Assembly (NCBI RefSeq): GCF_001194135.2 | Contig: NC_068983.1 | Coordinates: 105,798,788-105,862,787 of the forward strand | Length of the DNA: 64,000 nt | From: Octopus bimaculoides | Taxonomy: Eukaryota | Reading direction: 5' to 3' | Shown: piece by piece, positions 10,497 through 23,981 of the stretch | Layout of the letters: every line of letters begins with the position of its first letter | How positions within the stretch are numbered: position 1 is the stretch's first letter | Position numbers and translations under genes: made by a program | The notes under the pieces: model-generated | Database searches by the model: none | What the model saw: only the letters and a program-made list of their open reading frames with translations | Told to the model about the DNA's origin: nothing

Positions 10497-12529
10497 AAAT
10501 GACCTTCTCTAAATGCATTAAAAACATTTCAGGACACTATTTCAAAAAATTATCTCCGTTCTCCTTGATTATACAGAAGACATTTAGGTGGAGCAAAATA
10601 AGACGAAATAAGGTCAATTTCTCTCCTCAATTCTCCAGAATTACACTTGAGAAAGGGCTCATAGAGATTACTATCCATCCTTATGCATCATAAAGATCAG
10701 AAATGCAACAAAAATGAGGGTCATGGAAAAATGACACATGATAATTAACAAACGATACTTGAATAAATCTAAAAACTCAACATAAAATATTCTCTATAGC
10801 TTTTTTATGATCTTCTGGAGTGGCTCTTTTCCAAATATGTAGATACATCACACAACTGAAAAAAGGAATTATTTAAATTAGTCATTACTCATTTTACCCC
10901 ACTCCAGACATATTTTTTTCAAAATTGAAAATTATCAAATTAGTCATTAGTGTAGGAAACAGAGAAAAGAATATCGATTGTTAAACATCAAAATTATCCA
11001 GGTATTTTATTACTGAATTACAATTGGGTCAAAGTTGAAAAATTTCTTGGGGAAAAAGTACCTGCCACCTGACAACTTCAGCAACAACTATGCTGACCAA
11101 GATTATTCATTTTGCCCCACCCTTATTGAAGATATCATTAACTTATCTCTGGCATTTCTAATTTATTTTATTCTAAAAACTGTTATAGATTGTGATGTAG
11201 CTGTTAGTATATATATCAGTTGACCATATGAAGGAACTTGATCAGTTAATGTGCCTCAGTCATTATTTAAATTGACAACAGTAAATTTGAAACTTCAAAC
11301 AGCTGTTTTAACTGAGTATTGTAATTCTCCAACATTACCAGACACAATGTCAGACACAGTCTTATGGCCATACGACTGTGTCTGACATTGAACTGGTATC
11401 ACCACAGGAAAGCATGCAGCATACAAACAACACCATGTCAGCATAACAGTGTGCAGATGTTGAACAGATACATTTATATATTCTTTTCTACTCTAGGTAC
11501 AAGGCCCGAAATTTTGGGGGAGGGGCCCAGTCTATTAGATCGACCCCAGTACATGACCCCAAAAGGATGAAAGGCAAAGTCAACCTCAGAGATACATTTA
11601 TATATTAATAAGAGAATACTATTATCTAAACATTATTCTGACCACAAAATGTAATTTGCCTTAGTCATTATCTTTATGGCTTCTGAATTCCCTTTGTGAT
11701 CCTACAACTCTTATATGGGGATTTTATTCTTAATAAAATGCTGTGAGTGTAAATAGGATTTAATATTGGTAGTGTGGGAGATGTTAGTGATTGAATAGTT
11801 GCAACAATGGTAATTGGAGAAATTGGTATTCTTAACCTGTTAGAAACATTACTACAGGGGATCACATGATCATCTGGCAGCTCTGTAGGAGGTGCTGGTG
11901 ATATTATTGACCCCATTGATAACATTATTGTGATTTGTAGATATGCTTGGAGTAGGATATTTAGGAGCTATTTGTTCAACTGATGTCAATTGAGCTGTTT
12001 CGTATTCAAGTATAATCCAGACCCTGTTTCTGGCAGTTAGATGTAATGCCCATCTAAAGAAAATTTCATTATATTGTTTTTGAATTAACTATTTGTTCAA
12101 CCTCATGGAAAGAGTTTATTACTATTCACAGTCGCATATCAAGTAATTTTTCAGCTGAAGATAACTTGCTTGCACCAGATGTACTGTAATTATAGATAAG
12201 AACCTTTAGCAAATACTCCTCAAACTTTCTAATAACTTTTTAATGCAGGCTTGGTTGTTTTCACAGCTGTTTCTACTATATCATTAGATTTTGAACTGGA
12301 AGAAGGACATTCAATTTTCTTGCAACTTAGTTTAACCAGTTCTTCAACTGAATGATTTCTAGTCCATTGTTTGATGCCACCATTATTGCGTTATTAGAAT
12401 ATCAAATCTAGAGAAGAAAAATAAAAGTTTCCTTTTCCTGGGCTCCAACTGAAGCAAAAAGGTTTCAGTTGAAATAGTGCCTGAGTCATCAATAATCAAC
12501 ATGTTATTATGACAGTAATAACATATTAA

Positions 12530-12746
12530 CCCTTTAGCATTTAAACCAGCCATATCCAGCCCAATCTTCTACCTGTTTTATGTTTAAACTGGCCAGATTC
12601 AGCCTCTCACCCCTACCTGGAAATGTCATTCTAAAAATAAGCAATCACATCATTAAAATCTCAAAGCAACAAGATAGTGCAGAATTAACTTTAATACATG
12701 TGAATAAATAAGTATTACATTTGACAATAATCAGAATGCTGAAAAG
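12530..12746. mobile_element. piggyBac-type MITE (TTAA|CCCTTTAGCA...)
   Basis: TTAA flanks; same family as the copies at about 17580, 32723, 34813, 51161 and 53446. Confidence 0.75.
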
Positions 12747-12937
12747 TTAAATGTTCACCGTAACTGGCAAACACATGGAGTTAATGTTATGAACCTTCAG
12801 AATGTAATACATTTATTATTAAAACATGTAAATCTTATTATTATTGAATGTGAGGATAAAAAAGAACTACTTCTGTTCTTTAAATACTTTAATGAGAAAC
12901 TAAATACACTCATTATTGAAAATACTACTTTGTGCAC

Positions 12938-13800
12938 AGGTGTGGCTGTGTGGTAAGAAGCTTGCTTCCCAACCACATGGTTCCAGGTTCAGTCCCACTG
13001 TGTAGCATCTTGGGCAAGTGTCGTCAATCAAAGCCTTCTGAGTGGATTTGGTAGATGGAAACTGAAAGAAGCCCAATGTATATATATATATATATATAGA
13101 CACACATGCATATAAAATTAGTGTACATTTAAACACATAAGTGGTGCCCTGACAGGACACCTAACATGCTAGAAGGACCAGTCAAAATCCAAACCACAGT
13201 TAGGGGTAATTTCGAAGGGAATGAAAAATAAAAACATTTACCATATTTTGTTACCAGACCATGGTTTCGAAGTTTAATTAGGAAATAAAATAAAATAAAT
13301 TATTTTATTTACTAATGAAAGTTTGAAACCATGGTCCAGTAACAAAATATGGTAAATGTTTTTATTTTTCATTCCCTTCGAAATTACCCATAACCGTGGT
13401 TTGGATTTTGACTGGTCCTTCTAGCATGTTAGGTGTCCTGTCAGGGCACCTCTAATGTGTTTAAATGTACACTAATTTTATATGAATAATATATAGTCTA
13501 TTGACTATTTTCTGCATGCTAGGCCACTGGTAGAAAAATTTCTATAATTTTCCTACCCTGTATATTTTTCCTATATATATGCATACACTTGTGTGTTTGT
13601 GTTTGTGTCTCCATCACTGCTTGATAACTGGTGTGGGTGTGTTTACGTCTCTGTAACTTAGTGGTTTGGCAAAAGAGACTGATAGAATAAGTACTAGGCT
13701 TAAAAAATAAGTCCTGGAGTTGATTTGTTTGACTAAAATCCTTCAAGGCGGTTCCCCAGCTTGGTCACAGTCAAATGACTGAAACAAGTAAAAGAATAAA
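12938..13800 (+). mobile_element. CORE-type tRNA SINE interrupted by a foldback element
   Basis: Head ggtgtggctgtgtggtaag...ggttcagtcc...cttgggcaagtg; the 3' half resumes at about 13570 and ends gaaacaagtaaaagaataaaag. Confidence 0.75.
13109..13484. repeat. Near-perfect foldback inverted repeat (about 170-bp arms, about 40-nt spacer)
   Basis: catataaaattagtgtacatt...accatggtttc mirrored by gaaaccatggt...aatgtacactaattttatatg. Confidence 0.9.
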
Positions 13801-15709
13801 AGAATAATTATTTAATGTAAAAATTAATTCTTATGATAATTTCTAATTTAGGCACAAAGCCAGCAAATCTGAGGAGAAAGGCTAGTCGAATTGACCCCAA
13901 TACCTGACTGGTATTTTATTTTATTAACCATGGAAGGATGAATGGTAAACTTGACCTTGGCAGTATTTGAAATCAGAACATTAGGAGCTGTAACAATTAT
14001 CACAATCTAATTATTCTATCAATCCTTTGCCCTTGTAATTATCATAATGAACTTAACCAATATACATTTATGTTGGAAGAATGAAAATATTTAAACAGAA
14101 GTATGATAAATATGCTTACTTTCTGCACTACGTCTTATATTCTTCCATGCTAAGGGTTGGTGCCAGTAGTTTCATGTGACTTGTGTTTGTCAGTTGTGCA
14201 ATTTTTTTGTTTGTTTTTGTATTAATGATTGATGTCTCAGTAAATGCTGCAAAATTTTGCTCATAGTTGTGATATGAAGTGTTTAGAAAAGGGTGTTGAC
14301 ACAAAATACTGGATGGAGATCTTTTAAAGATTTTTTTTTTTTACTTCCTGAAAATTTAAAGGATTGTCAATAACATCATCATCATCTTATATCTACCTTT
14401 CATGCTGACATAGGTTGAAGAGTAGTTTTTTATTCAGACTTATTGCCTCCCTAGATGGTTTGGAGGACTGTGTCTTGTATGTTTACTTTTTGGCTTGATT
14501 TCTATACCCAGATGCTCTTCCTACAACAAACCACTTTACAGATTTCATGGGATGTATTCTATCATGGCACCAACACTAGAGAAGTTCATATCTTTGACAA
14601 GACTAGCAGGTCCTTTTGACCCTGTGTTGTCTCTGCTCATTTGTATAAACTATTGACAGCTGAGCTATCATCATTATTTAACCTCCATCTTTCATGCTGA
14701 CATGAGTTGAATGGTTTGACAGGAGCTGGCAAGCTAGAGGACTTCACTAAGCTCCATTGTCTGTTTTTACATGGTTTTTATGACTGGATGCCCTTCCTAA
14801 TGCCAACCACTTTACAGAGTGGAGTGGGTGCTTTTTATGTGGCTCAAGCACTGGTGAGATTTGCTTTTGCATGCTTTTTTACAGTTGGATGCCCTTCTTA
14901 ACTCTAATCACTTTACAGAGCAGACTGGGTGCTTTTTATATGGCACTATAGACAAATTATTGATTACTTGATGACTGGACATTATTTCTTGATATTGACA
15001 GTATTTCTTGTTTAGAATTCTTAAAATTTTAATTCACTCTTTTGATATCAGCTTCCTGAGATAACCTCTGGTTCTATGATCAGAAGTCATTATTTTAAAG
15101 TCTCCATATCTATATCAAAACATGCCATCATAATTTGATGTAAAAACCTTTTGCTAACCCTTTAATACTAATTCAACTGAAACTAGCCTTGATTCTATGA
15201 TACAAACTCCCTGTTTTAAAGTGATCTAAACTCAAACCTTCCATTGAAATTTCATGTTAATATATATTTGAAACACCAGCTTAATAATGTCAGAGTTATT
15301 TTAATAAATTCTTCATTATTTTCAAAGCTATTTGAAACAAAGACAGTTATTTCAACATAAATATGTCAAAAAAAAAAAAAAGGAATTATTTTCTTAACAT
15401 CAGTTTAATAATGAATATGATGGTTATTTTGCTAAATACCTCAAAATTCCTGAATAGTTTCAAAATTTATTGAAATACTTAAACAGTGTGAGAAATTAAA
15501 AATTTGGTTATGAAAGAGCTAAATTAAGTTTTCAATTTCTGAGAGTTGGATTGTTATATCATAACTAGTCCCTTCTGTTTTGTGAATTTGCTGCTTTTGA
15601 AATTTTCAATTGAATATTTTTTTTATTCATTTCTATTTATTTGTCTTTATTTTATTTTTAATTTATTTGTTTTTCTATTTAATTATAGTCTTTTTGAAGA
15701 GTTGACACC

Positions 15710-15770
15710 ATGACTCATGAAGTTAATTATGAAGACCTTCCAATTGACATACATTATAACAAACTTACAG
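15710..15770 (+). CDS. CDK5RAP3: CDK5RAP3 coding exon 1 (MTHEVNYEDLPIDIHYNKLT); exon opens at 15689 after an acceptor, so a 5'UTR exon lies upstream
   Basis: Acceptor aattatag ends at 15688; Kozak-like accATG; donor gtatga. Confidence 0.92.
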
Positions 15771-18700
15771 GTATGAGAAAAATTACCTTTTAACTGACGA
15801 TTGTGCTATTGTTATGAAGTTTTCATTTTAGAAAGATGTTTATGAAACTCTTGTCATCCTCCCTGTAACTTTTTAAGTCATACTTCATCAACAAGAAGAT
15901 TATATACAAAAGCAAAACCATGCAGTTATCAGTATTTTGCACAAATATGAGTAAAATATTTGTACAGAGGTTGACTTTCTGAATCTCTTGTTTAATTTTC
16001 TAAGGAGTTTGAAGTAGAGGCATAATATATAAAAGATTGTACAAAAATGTAGTTAGTATTTTGTTCTGAGTTCAAATCCTGCCACGATCTACATAGGTGG
16101 TAGAATTACTCTGTCTTGGTTAAATATCAGCACCTTGCCCTTTTGAGGCCTTTAGTGGAATTTCCAATCATTCGGGCTGTCTCCAGTCCAAAGATACTTC
16201 CTCCTTTTCTTCCCACCAGTCTCAGGGTCATGGATACTGCCTTCTTTTCCTATTAAAAGATAATTAAAAAATCCTGTGTATGAACAACTCTTAGCTAAAC
16301 CTTTCAATTTCTTATAATCTTTCATGGCCACAAAACATAATCTTTTCAAAACTGCATCTAAAAGATTAAGTTTCCTCCTCTTACACAGAAAACATTTAAT
16401 GCCTGCAAAACATGTCCAGAAAGTGACCATTTGATTCATTAACATAGATTCACTCATTGATGTACACAACCAATAGCATTCAAGTTAATGAAAGAGCTTC
16501 TAAATAGTTACTCAACCCCACAAATTCCCTTCAAGTCTCACACTGCTCTCTTAGAAAAGAACATGTTAGAGAATATAAAATGGCTATATCCAGCCCAAAT
16601 ATTTTACCAGTTTTAAACTGGCCATATCCAGCCTCCCAAACATACCCTAGAATGTCATTCTAAAAATAAACAATCACATCATCGATATCTCAAAACTGCA
16701 AGATAATGCAAAACAATGTGAATAAATAAGCATTACATTTGACAGAGTAATCTGAATGCTAAATTATTAAACAACAACAACAACAACACCAATACCAATC
16801 AAAGCATACTCTTTCCCCTTTCTGACTCATCTACTGCTCCAGCAATGGCCTCTCTGAGTTAGCAACTCATATAGCACCACCACATTTGCCAAGATCTACC
16901 TAATGCTAATGTCCTTAGTTCTCCTCTCTTCATCTCTGCTCAGTGTTTTCTCTCCACTAAACCCTGCATTAACCACCTTTACCAGTCCTTACCCACAACT
17001 GCCAATCTCTTGAAGTCTCCCTCTGACCTTGTTCTTTTCTCACAGATATCAACCCAAAGAAGTTCAAACTGAACATCATCCACACAAATTTGGAAGTATT
17101 TGAAAAGGTCATGGGTTCCCTCTATCCAACCCCATAAGTGTTGATACATCTAGGTATTTTAAGGGGCTGGGCATGAATTTAGGGATTAAGTAGGGTTGAA
17201 ATGTTTTAGAATTCACTTTTAAGCTATTTCTATTTACCTAATAACATGATTCAGAAAATATGTCAAAACTCTTATTTCAGTTGCCCCTCCCTCTCTCTAC
17301 ACACACACACACATTGGTGACGGGAAGGGAATCTAGCCATAAAATATCTGCTTTGACAAATTCCATTTGATTCATGCAAGCATGGAAAAAATGAATGTTA
17401 AATGATGCATGATGTGTGTATATGTGTGTGTCTCCATATGTTTTTCCATTTACATCACTTGGGCAACAGTGATGTTTGTTTATGTCCTTGGCAGTCTGAC
17501 ATGCAAAAACCTAGTGGTGTAAAGTACCTTACCTGAAAACAACTAAGTGTTGGCATCAGCTGGAAGAATACTAAATTAACCCTTCAGTATTCACATTATT
17601 CTGTCAAAAGTGATGCTTATTTATTCACATTATTTTGAATTAATCATGCATTATCTTATAGCTTTGAGATTATGATGAGATAACTATTAATTTTTAAAAT
17701 GATATTGTAGGGTTGGTGTGAGAGGCTAGATCTGACCAGTTTAAATGCTAAAGGGTTAAGAAGTCTTTTCTGGCCCATGCTAGTGTGAAAAGTGAAACGC
17801 TGTAACATTCTTATGTAAGGCATCATCACATGCATTCTTCAATATATATATTACTCTACATCCAGTTCATTGAATTCTTTTGTTATTTGTAGACTGGTTG
17901 ATAAACCGAAGACATTGTCAGCAGAACTGGCCAGCATCAGCTTTGGTAATTCGAGACAAGATTAACCAAGCACTTAAGACTTTGCCAGATGTTAAGGAAG
18001 TTGTTGACATTATGAAAAATTCAAGTAAGTAAATTTCATATTGTGTTATGGAATTTTTATTTATTTGAGTGCTAAAAGTTCATAAATGTTTAGGGTGAAA
18101 ATGTGCAGGGTGTTTGGGTTAAATTTAACTGTTTGCATAAATGGAAAAGAAAAACACAATTTCCGATCCAAAAATAAAAGTATTTTAAAAAATCAAAAAA
18201 TATCATCAAGATTATGGCTGGGAGATAACAGTTTACTCAAAGTAGCCACATTCAGCTTCCACCACAGCTGCAAGATGGCTCTGGAACCTGGCGCATGGAA
18301 GATGTATCCCTAGGAAGATCTTCAAACAACTCCTTAATCTTGGCCACCAGTTCAACCTTGGTGTTGCAGGCAGAGCAGATGGTGTCTTTCTCACTGCACT
18401 CCACACATAGTAATCCATGGGTTTACAATTGGGGAAATTAGGTGGTCAGAAATTGAGGCTGGTGAAGTTGTAGAAATTCTCTGATAACTACTTCTGACTC
18501 TTTCTGGAGGTATGGCAAGGAGCTGAATCCTACTGCTATACATATAGCTCCCCAGCAGCAAACCTTTCCAGCCAGTGTTTGACCACAGTCTTGAGCAGCT
18601 TTGCAAAACCATCTGAATTGAGACTAAAGCCCTATTCAAAGATGTGGGGCAGCATAATGTTGGCCTCACTGAAGACACACCTAAAGACCATCGGGGTTTG

Positions 18701-21700
18701 GGGGAACTTGGTTTTCATGATGTTCATGTCATGTCTTACAGCATTTACAGTATTCACAGAGCATTGAGCAGCAGTCATGATGCTAGTATTTTGATACCTT
18801 GCACAAATCAATATGATACAGCTAACTTTTTTTCCAATATTCAAATGGCTTCCACTTCTCCATGTCAGCCGACTTTTTCTCAACTACAACTTTAATCTTT
18901 ATGCTTCCCAACACCATTAACTGTTCACCAATACATCAAGCTGTTCCTGAAAAAAGGTGACATAAAAAAAATCGTCAAATACTGGAAGTGCAGGATGTAC
19001 ATAAATTGGAGAAGAATAGGTTGACATGTTTATATCAGTAGTGTGATGTTCTACATTAATGATGCATGTTGTTTAGCTCTCATGTCAGCCCTGATAGAGC
19101 AGACCTATGGTTAAAGGTATTTCAGTCCTTTCTGTTTTTGGACAGTGTATCTTTCACTCTCACACTGTGAGAGTGAAAGACATTCTGTCATTCAAGAGAA
19201 GAATAAACTTAGTAGTGTTTATTTGGTGTAAAATAAAATGTTAAAACAGCTTGAACAGTAGAAGCATTGATTGCTGTGTGTGAGTGATACAATTACCTTG
19301 GCATGATGATGTATACTGGGTGAACAGTGTGATGAAAAAGTGGTAGATGCTAGCTAGAGTAGTGATAGATCAAAGGCAGATTTCTATTTCTTTTATGGTT
19401 AGTCAGATGAAGAAGGATCACACCTATGTTTTTGCAAGGTATTCAGGATTGGTTAGGAAAAAGGAAGAAAGATATTGCAACTCATAGGTTGTTTTTGTAG
19501 TTTGAAATATCATATCAAGATGTTGATCCTATGCTATAGTAGAAGATACTTGCCTAAAGTACCACACAGAAGGGCATCAAATTGGGAACCAAGGAATTGC
19601 GATGCTAACTTCCAAACCACACAAATCATGACCACATCCCTAGAGCTTCATAGCTTATAACACCTCTAGCATTCCCTGCTTTATTGCATTACTAACATTA
19701 CTTAATGGCGATTATCAGGTCATTAAGAGTGAAATGTCCAATTTTGAACTGAAAGTTTATTTTACTTTATCTCAACAAAAAGCAATCCAGTTAGTCAAAG
19801 TATGCACCTAAATTATCAACACAATTTTGCCATTTTATCAGTAGCTTATTTATGCCAGCAGCAAAGAATTCTGGAGAGCAAGAAGTGATGAAATCACAAA
19901 AGGCTTTAGATTTGAAGTTTTTTCCTTGCAAGAAGTTGTCTAATGCCTGGAAAACATGATAGTCAGTTGGACCAAGGTTTGGTGAATATGGTGGATGACA
20001 GAGTACTTCCAAGTTCAGTTTCTGTAACTTGAGTAGCCTTCTTTGTGCAACATGTGGTTGAGCATTGCCTTGCAAAAGAATTGGCCTGTCTCTATTGACC
20101 AATCTCAGTTTTTAATTGCAAGTTCATTCATCATTTCATCCAATTGGTTGATGTATACATCTGCTGTAATTGACTTACCAGGTCTCATGAAGCTGTAGTG
20201 GATGACACTAGCGCTGGACAAGCAAACAGACACCATTAGCTTTTTTGGTGAATATTTTGTCTTGGATTGTGATTTGGCACTTCGTCTCTATCCAACCACC
20301 ATGCAGAATGCTTGCTATTGTTGAAAAGAATCCATTTTTCATCAAACATAACAATATGATGCAAAACTGGTTTGCTTTTATTCCGTGACAGCAAAGAACA
20401 GCAAGTTTCAAGACAATGTGTCATTTGATGCTCGTTCAGTTCATGTGGTACCCACTTGTTCAGCTTTTTTACCTTGCTGATTTGTTTGGATGGTCCAATA
20501 CAGTTGGAATCAAAACATCAAACTTTGCTGCTAACTCACTTCGTAGTTTGAGATGTATCCACTTCCACTACAGTTTCCAGCTCATCATTATCCACCTTAG
20601 TCTCAGGTCTACCATGGGGATGATTTTCAAGAGTGAAGTCACCAGACTGGAACTTCTCAAACCATCGATGTACAGTGTGCTCATTCACCACATCTTCATG
20701 AAACACCTCATTGATGTTTCATGCTGTCTGGGATGCATTGGTTCTATGATGGAACTCAGATTCATAAACAACACGGGTTCACAAAAATTGATTTTACAAG
20801 AGAAAACTCACAATATAAACAGATACCATTAATTGCATTTTGAAGAGTGATGATGTAACTCTTCAATGTTGTAAAACAGAATCATCAGGATAAAACATAA
20901 GAGTTAACGACTGTCAAACTTGGTGCATAAGAAAATTGGACATTTCATTCTTAATGACCTGATAATTACGATAATTTTCATTGAAGTAATATTTCAGGAA
21001 ATGAATTCCTTTCATAAATGTTTAATCAGGATCAATTATATATATTAAATGTTTTTTTTCTCTTTCTTTCTTGGTGACATTTGTAACATTACAAGAAATC
21101 ACTTACTTCCATGTGAAGGAAATAATGTCATTATTGTCAGAAGACACAGAGTCAGGAAAGAAGAACATCCTAGGACAATATTCAAATGAATTAACTAAGG
21201 TGATTTTTTAAAAATTTCATTTTGTTAAAGTTGTTTTAAAGATGAGAGAAAGCAGAATTGCTAGTGCAGTGAACTTAGTACCAAACTGTGTTTAGTTATG
21301 TTCTGTGTTGAAATTCCAACATTGTTGACTTACACATTTAATTTTCTTCAGGATCATCATCATCATTGTTGTTGTTTTAGCATCCATTTTTCCATACTTA
21401 TTTGGATCAGACAGAATTTGTAGAGGTCGATTTTCTACAGCTGGACGTTTTTCGTGTTACCAACCCCCACCTGTTCCCAAGGTAGTATTTCCCTGTCACC
21501 AGACATGTTTTCATGGAAGTTTGGTAATGACAGATACCACTTGCCTTGATGTTAAGGCAAAGGGATAGTAAAACACACACACACACACACACATGCATGC
21601 ATGTGCATGCGCACGCGATGGGCTTATTGGTTGGCCCTGGGATTTAAAGGAAGACACTTTCTCTTGGTGTCACACAGTGGGACAGAACACAAAACCAATG

Positions 21701-23946
21701 TGGCTGGGAAGCAAACTTTTTACCACAAAAGTCAATTATTATTAAGCTGCTCTCTTCCTACAAATTTGTGATCTTGTATCAATATTAGAAACACTTGAAA
21801 GGCAGCCAGTTGGCAGAATTGTTAGCGTGCTGGGCAAATTGCTTATTGGTATTTCGTCTGTCTATACGTTCTGAGATTGACTTGCCTTTCATCCTTTTAG
21901 GGGCAATAAAATAAGTACCAGTTGATCATTGTGGTTGTTGAAATTGACTTAGCCCCTCCCCGAAATAGCTGGCATTGTGCCAAGAATTTGAAACTAATAT
22001 TAGAAACACTTATTGTTATTGTGTTGTCATTTTATTATGTTGTTGCAGTTATTGTTGTTTAGGTCAGCCTCATGACTAAAGGTATTTCAGTCATGACAAT
22101 CTCATTTTCTTGCTACCATTTTCTGGAGCATTTTTTTGTGATTTTTTTTAATGAAACCTGTGATTTATCCCACCACTAAACTAAATCCAATATATCATTA
22201 ATACTTATTTCTATTGATTTCTAAAGGCATTAAAGTCAAACTTGATTCTGGTGGGATTTGAACCTTAAAAAAAAAAAAGACATTTAAACTTTGATCACTG
22301 TTAATATTATTGTTCTTGTTATTTAACCTTAAGTTAATTCACATGCGTCCAGCAGTGATCAGCCTGTCTTTGTAAAGGCATATAGGAGTACATTATTTCA
22401 TATGTCTTTCCCTTTTCTTAAGGTGGAAGGATATGAATTGAGGGAAATTTGGCTGCAATTTCTTGCAGGTTGAGCAAGTATGTTGCCTGATCTTCTCTTC
22501 TTTTTTTTTTGTTTTTGTTATTACTGTTACATTGCAATAGTTTGTTTTGCCTTTCATCCCTCCAGTTATGTTAAAATAGCTATCAGCTTTCTATAGTGAC
22601 TCCTTCAATTACCTATACTTTTCTCTATGCGTAACCTGTCCCAATCTGAGAAGTTACTGTTACTTTTTCTTTTTCTTTTAGGCATGGTCAGAAATTTTAA
22701 ATTTATATGAAAAGAATAACTTATATTTAGGTAAGTTAAACAGTAACAACTTGCTATTTTTTAATATTTTTGTGTTTCATAAAATATTTAATAATGTCTC
22801 AAGTTCAAGAATTCTTGCACAATACTATCTTTATAAAAATTGTACTGACTTCATAGAAAGTTTGCTCAATCATTGTTAGAATGTAGCTCCGTGATGCAAT
22901 CAGTTAGCATGTGGAGCTGCTAGCTGAAAGGTTGGTGGTTCAAGTTCACCCAGGGATGTAGTGTTTTTTCATTATGTCCAACCCATGCTATCCTGGAAAA
23001 TGACATTAAAGGGTGATGATGATTATCTTGTTTGCATAATTTATGCTTTATCTTTCTTAAATCTTTTGATTAAAAACAAACCTTTTTGGTATTTTGCTAT
23101 TTCTTAAATGAAAAATAGAAAAAAAAAAAACTTCCAGTTCCTTAAAATTAATAATTGTTAATTTTATAAGCAATTTATTTGCTTATGTTGATAATTGATA
23201 CTATATTCTTTTTTTTTTTTTTTTAATATTTAACCAGCTGAATCAGGCCAAATCATGTCCAGAAATGTAAATTATGAAATTCCATGTTTGAAACGTCAAA
23301 TTGCCAGATGTCAGCAGATTGAAAAGGTTATCCATTTATCTATTACCTCTCTAGTTATCAGTAATATTATGGTGAGATGGCAGAATCATTAGCATGTTGG
23401 CCAAAATGCTTAGTTGCATTTCTTCTGGATCTTTACATTCTGTGTTCAAATCCCACTGAGAGCAATTTTTTTGCTTTTCATACTTTTGGGGTTGATAAAA
23501 TAAAGTACCAGTCATACACTGGGGTTGATGGCATCAACTAACACTCTCTCCTTAAAATTGCTGGCCTTGTGCAAAAATTATAGGCGCAGGAGTGGCTGTG
23601 TGATAAGTAGCTTGCTTACCAACCACATGGCTCCGGGTTCAGTCCCACTGTGTGGCACCTTGGGCAAGTGTCTTCTACTATAGCCTCGGGCTGACCAAAG
23701 CCATGTGAGTGGATTTGGTAGACGGAAACTGAAAGAAGCCCATCGTATATATGTATATATATATATATATNNNNNNNNNNNNNNNNNNNNNNNNNNNNNN
23801 NNNNNNNNNNNNNNNNNNNNNNNNNNNNNNNNNNNNNNNNNNNNNNNNNNNNNNNNNNNNNNNNNNNNNNNNNNNNNNNNNNNNNNNNNNNNNNNNNNNN
23901 NNNNNNNNNNNNNNNNNNNNNNNNNNNNNNNNNNNNNNNNNNNNNN

Positions 23947-23981
<35 letters not shown>

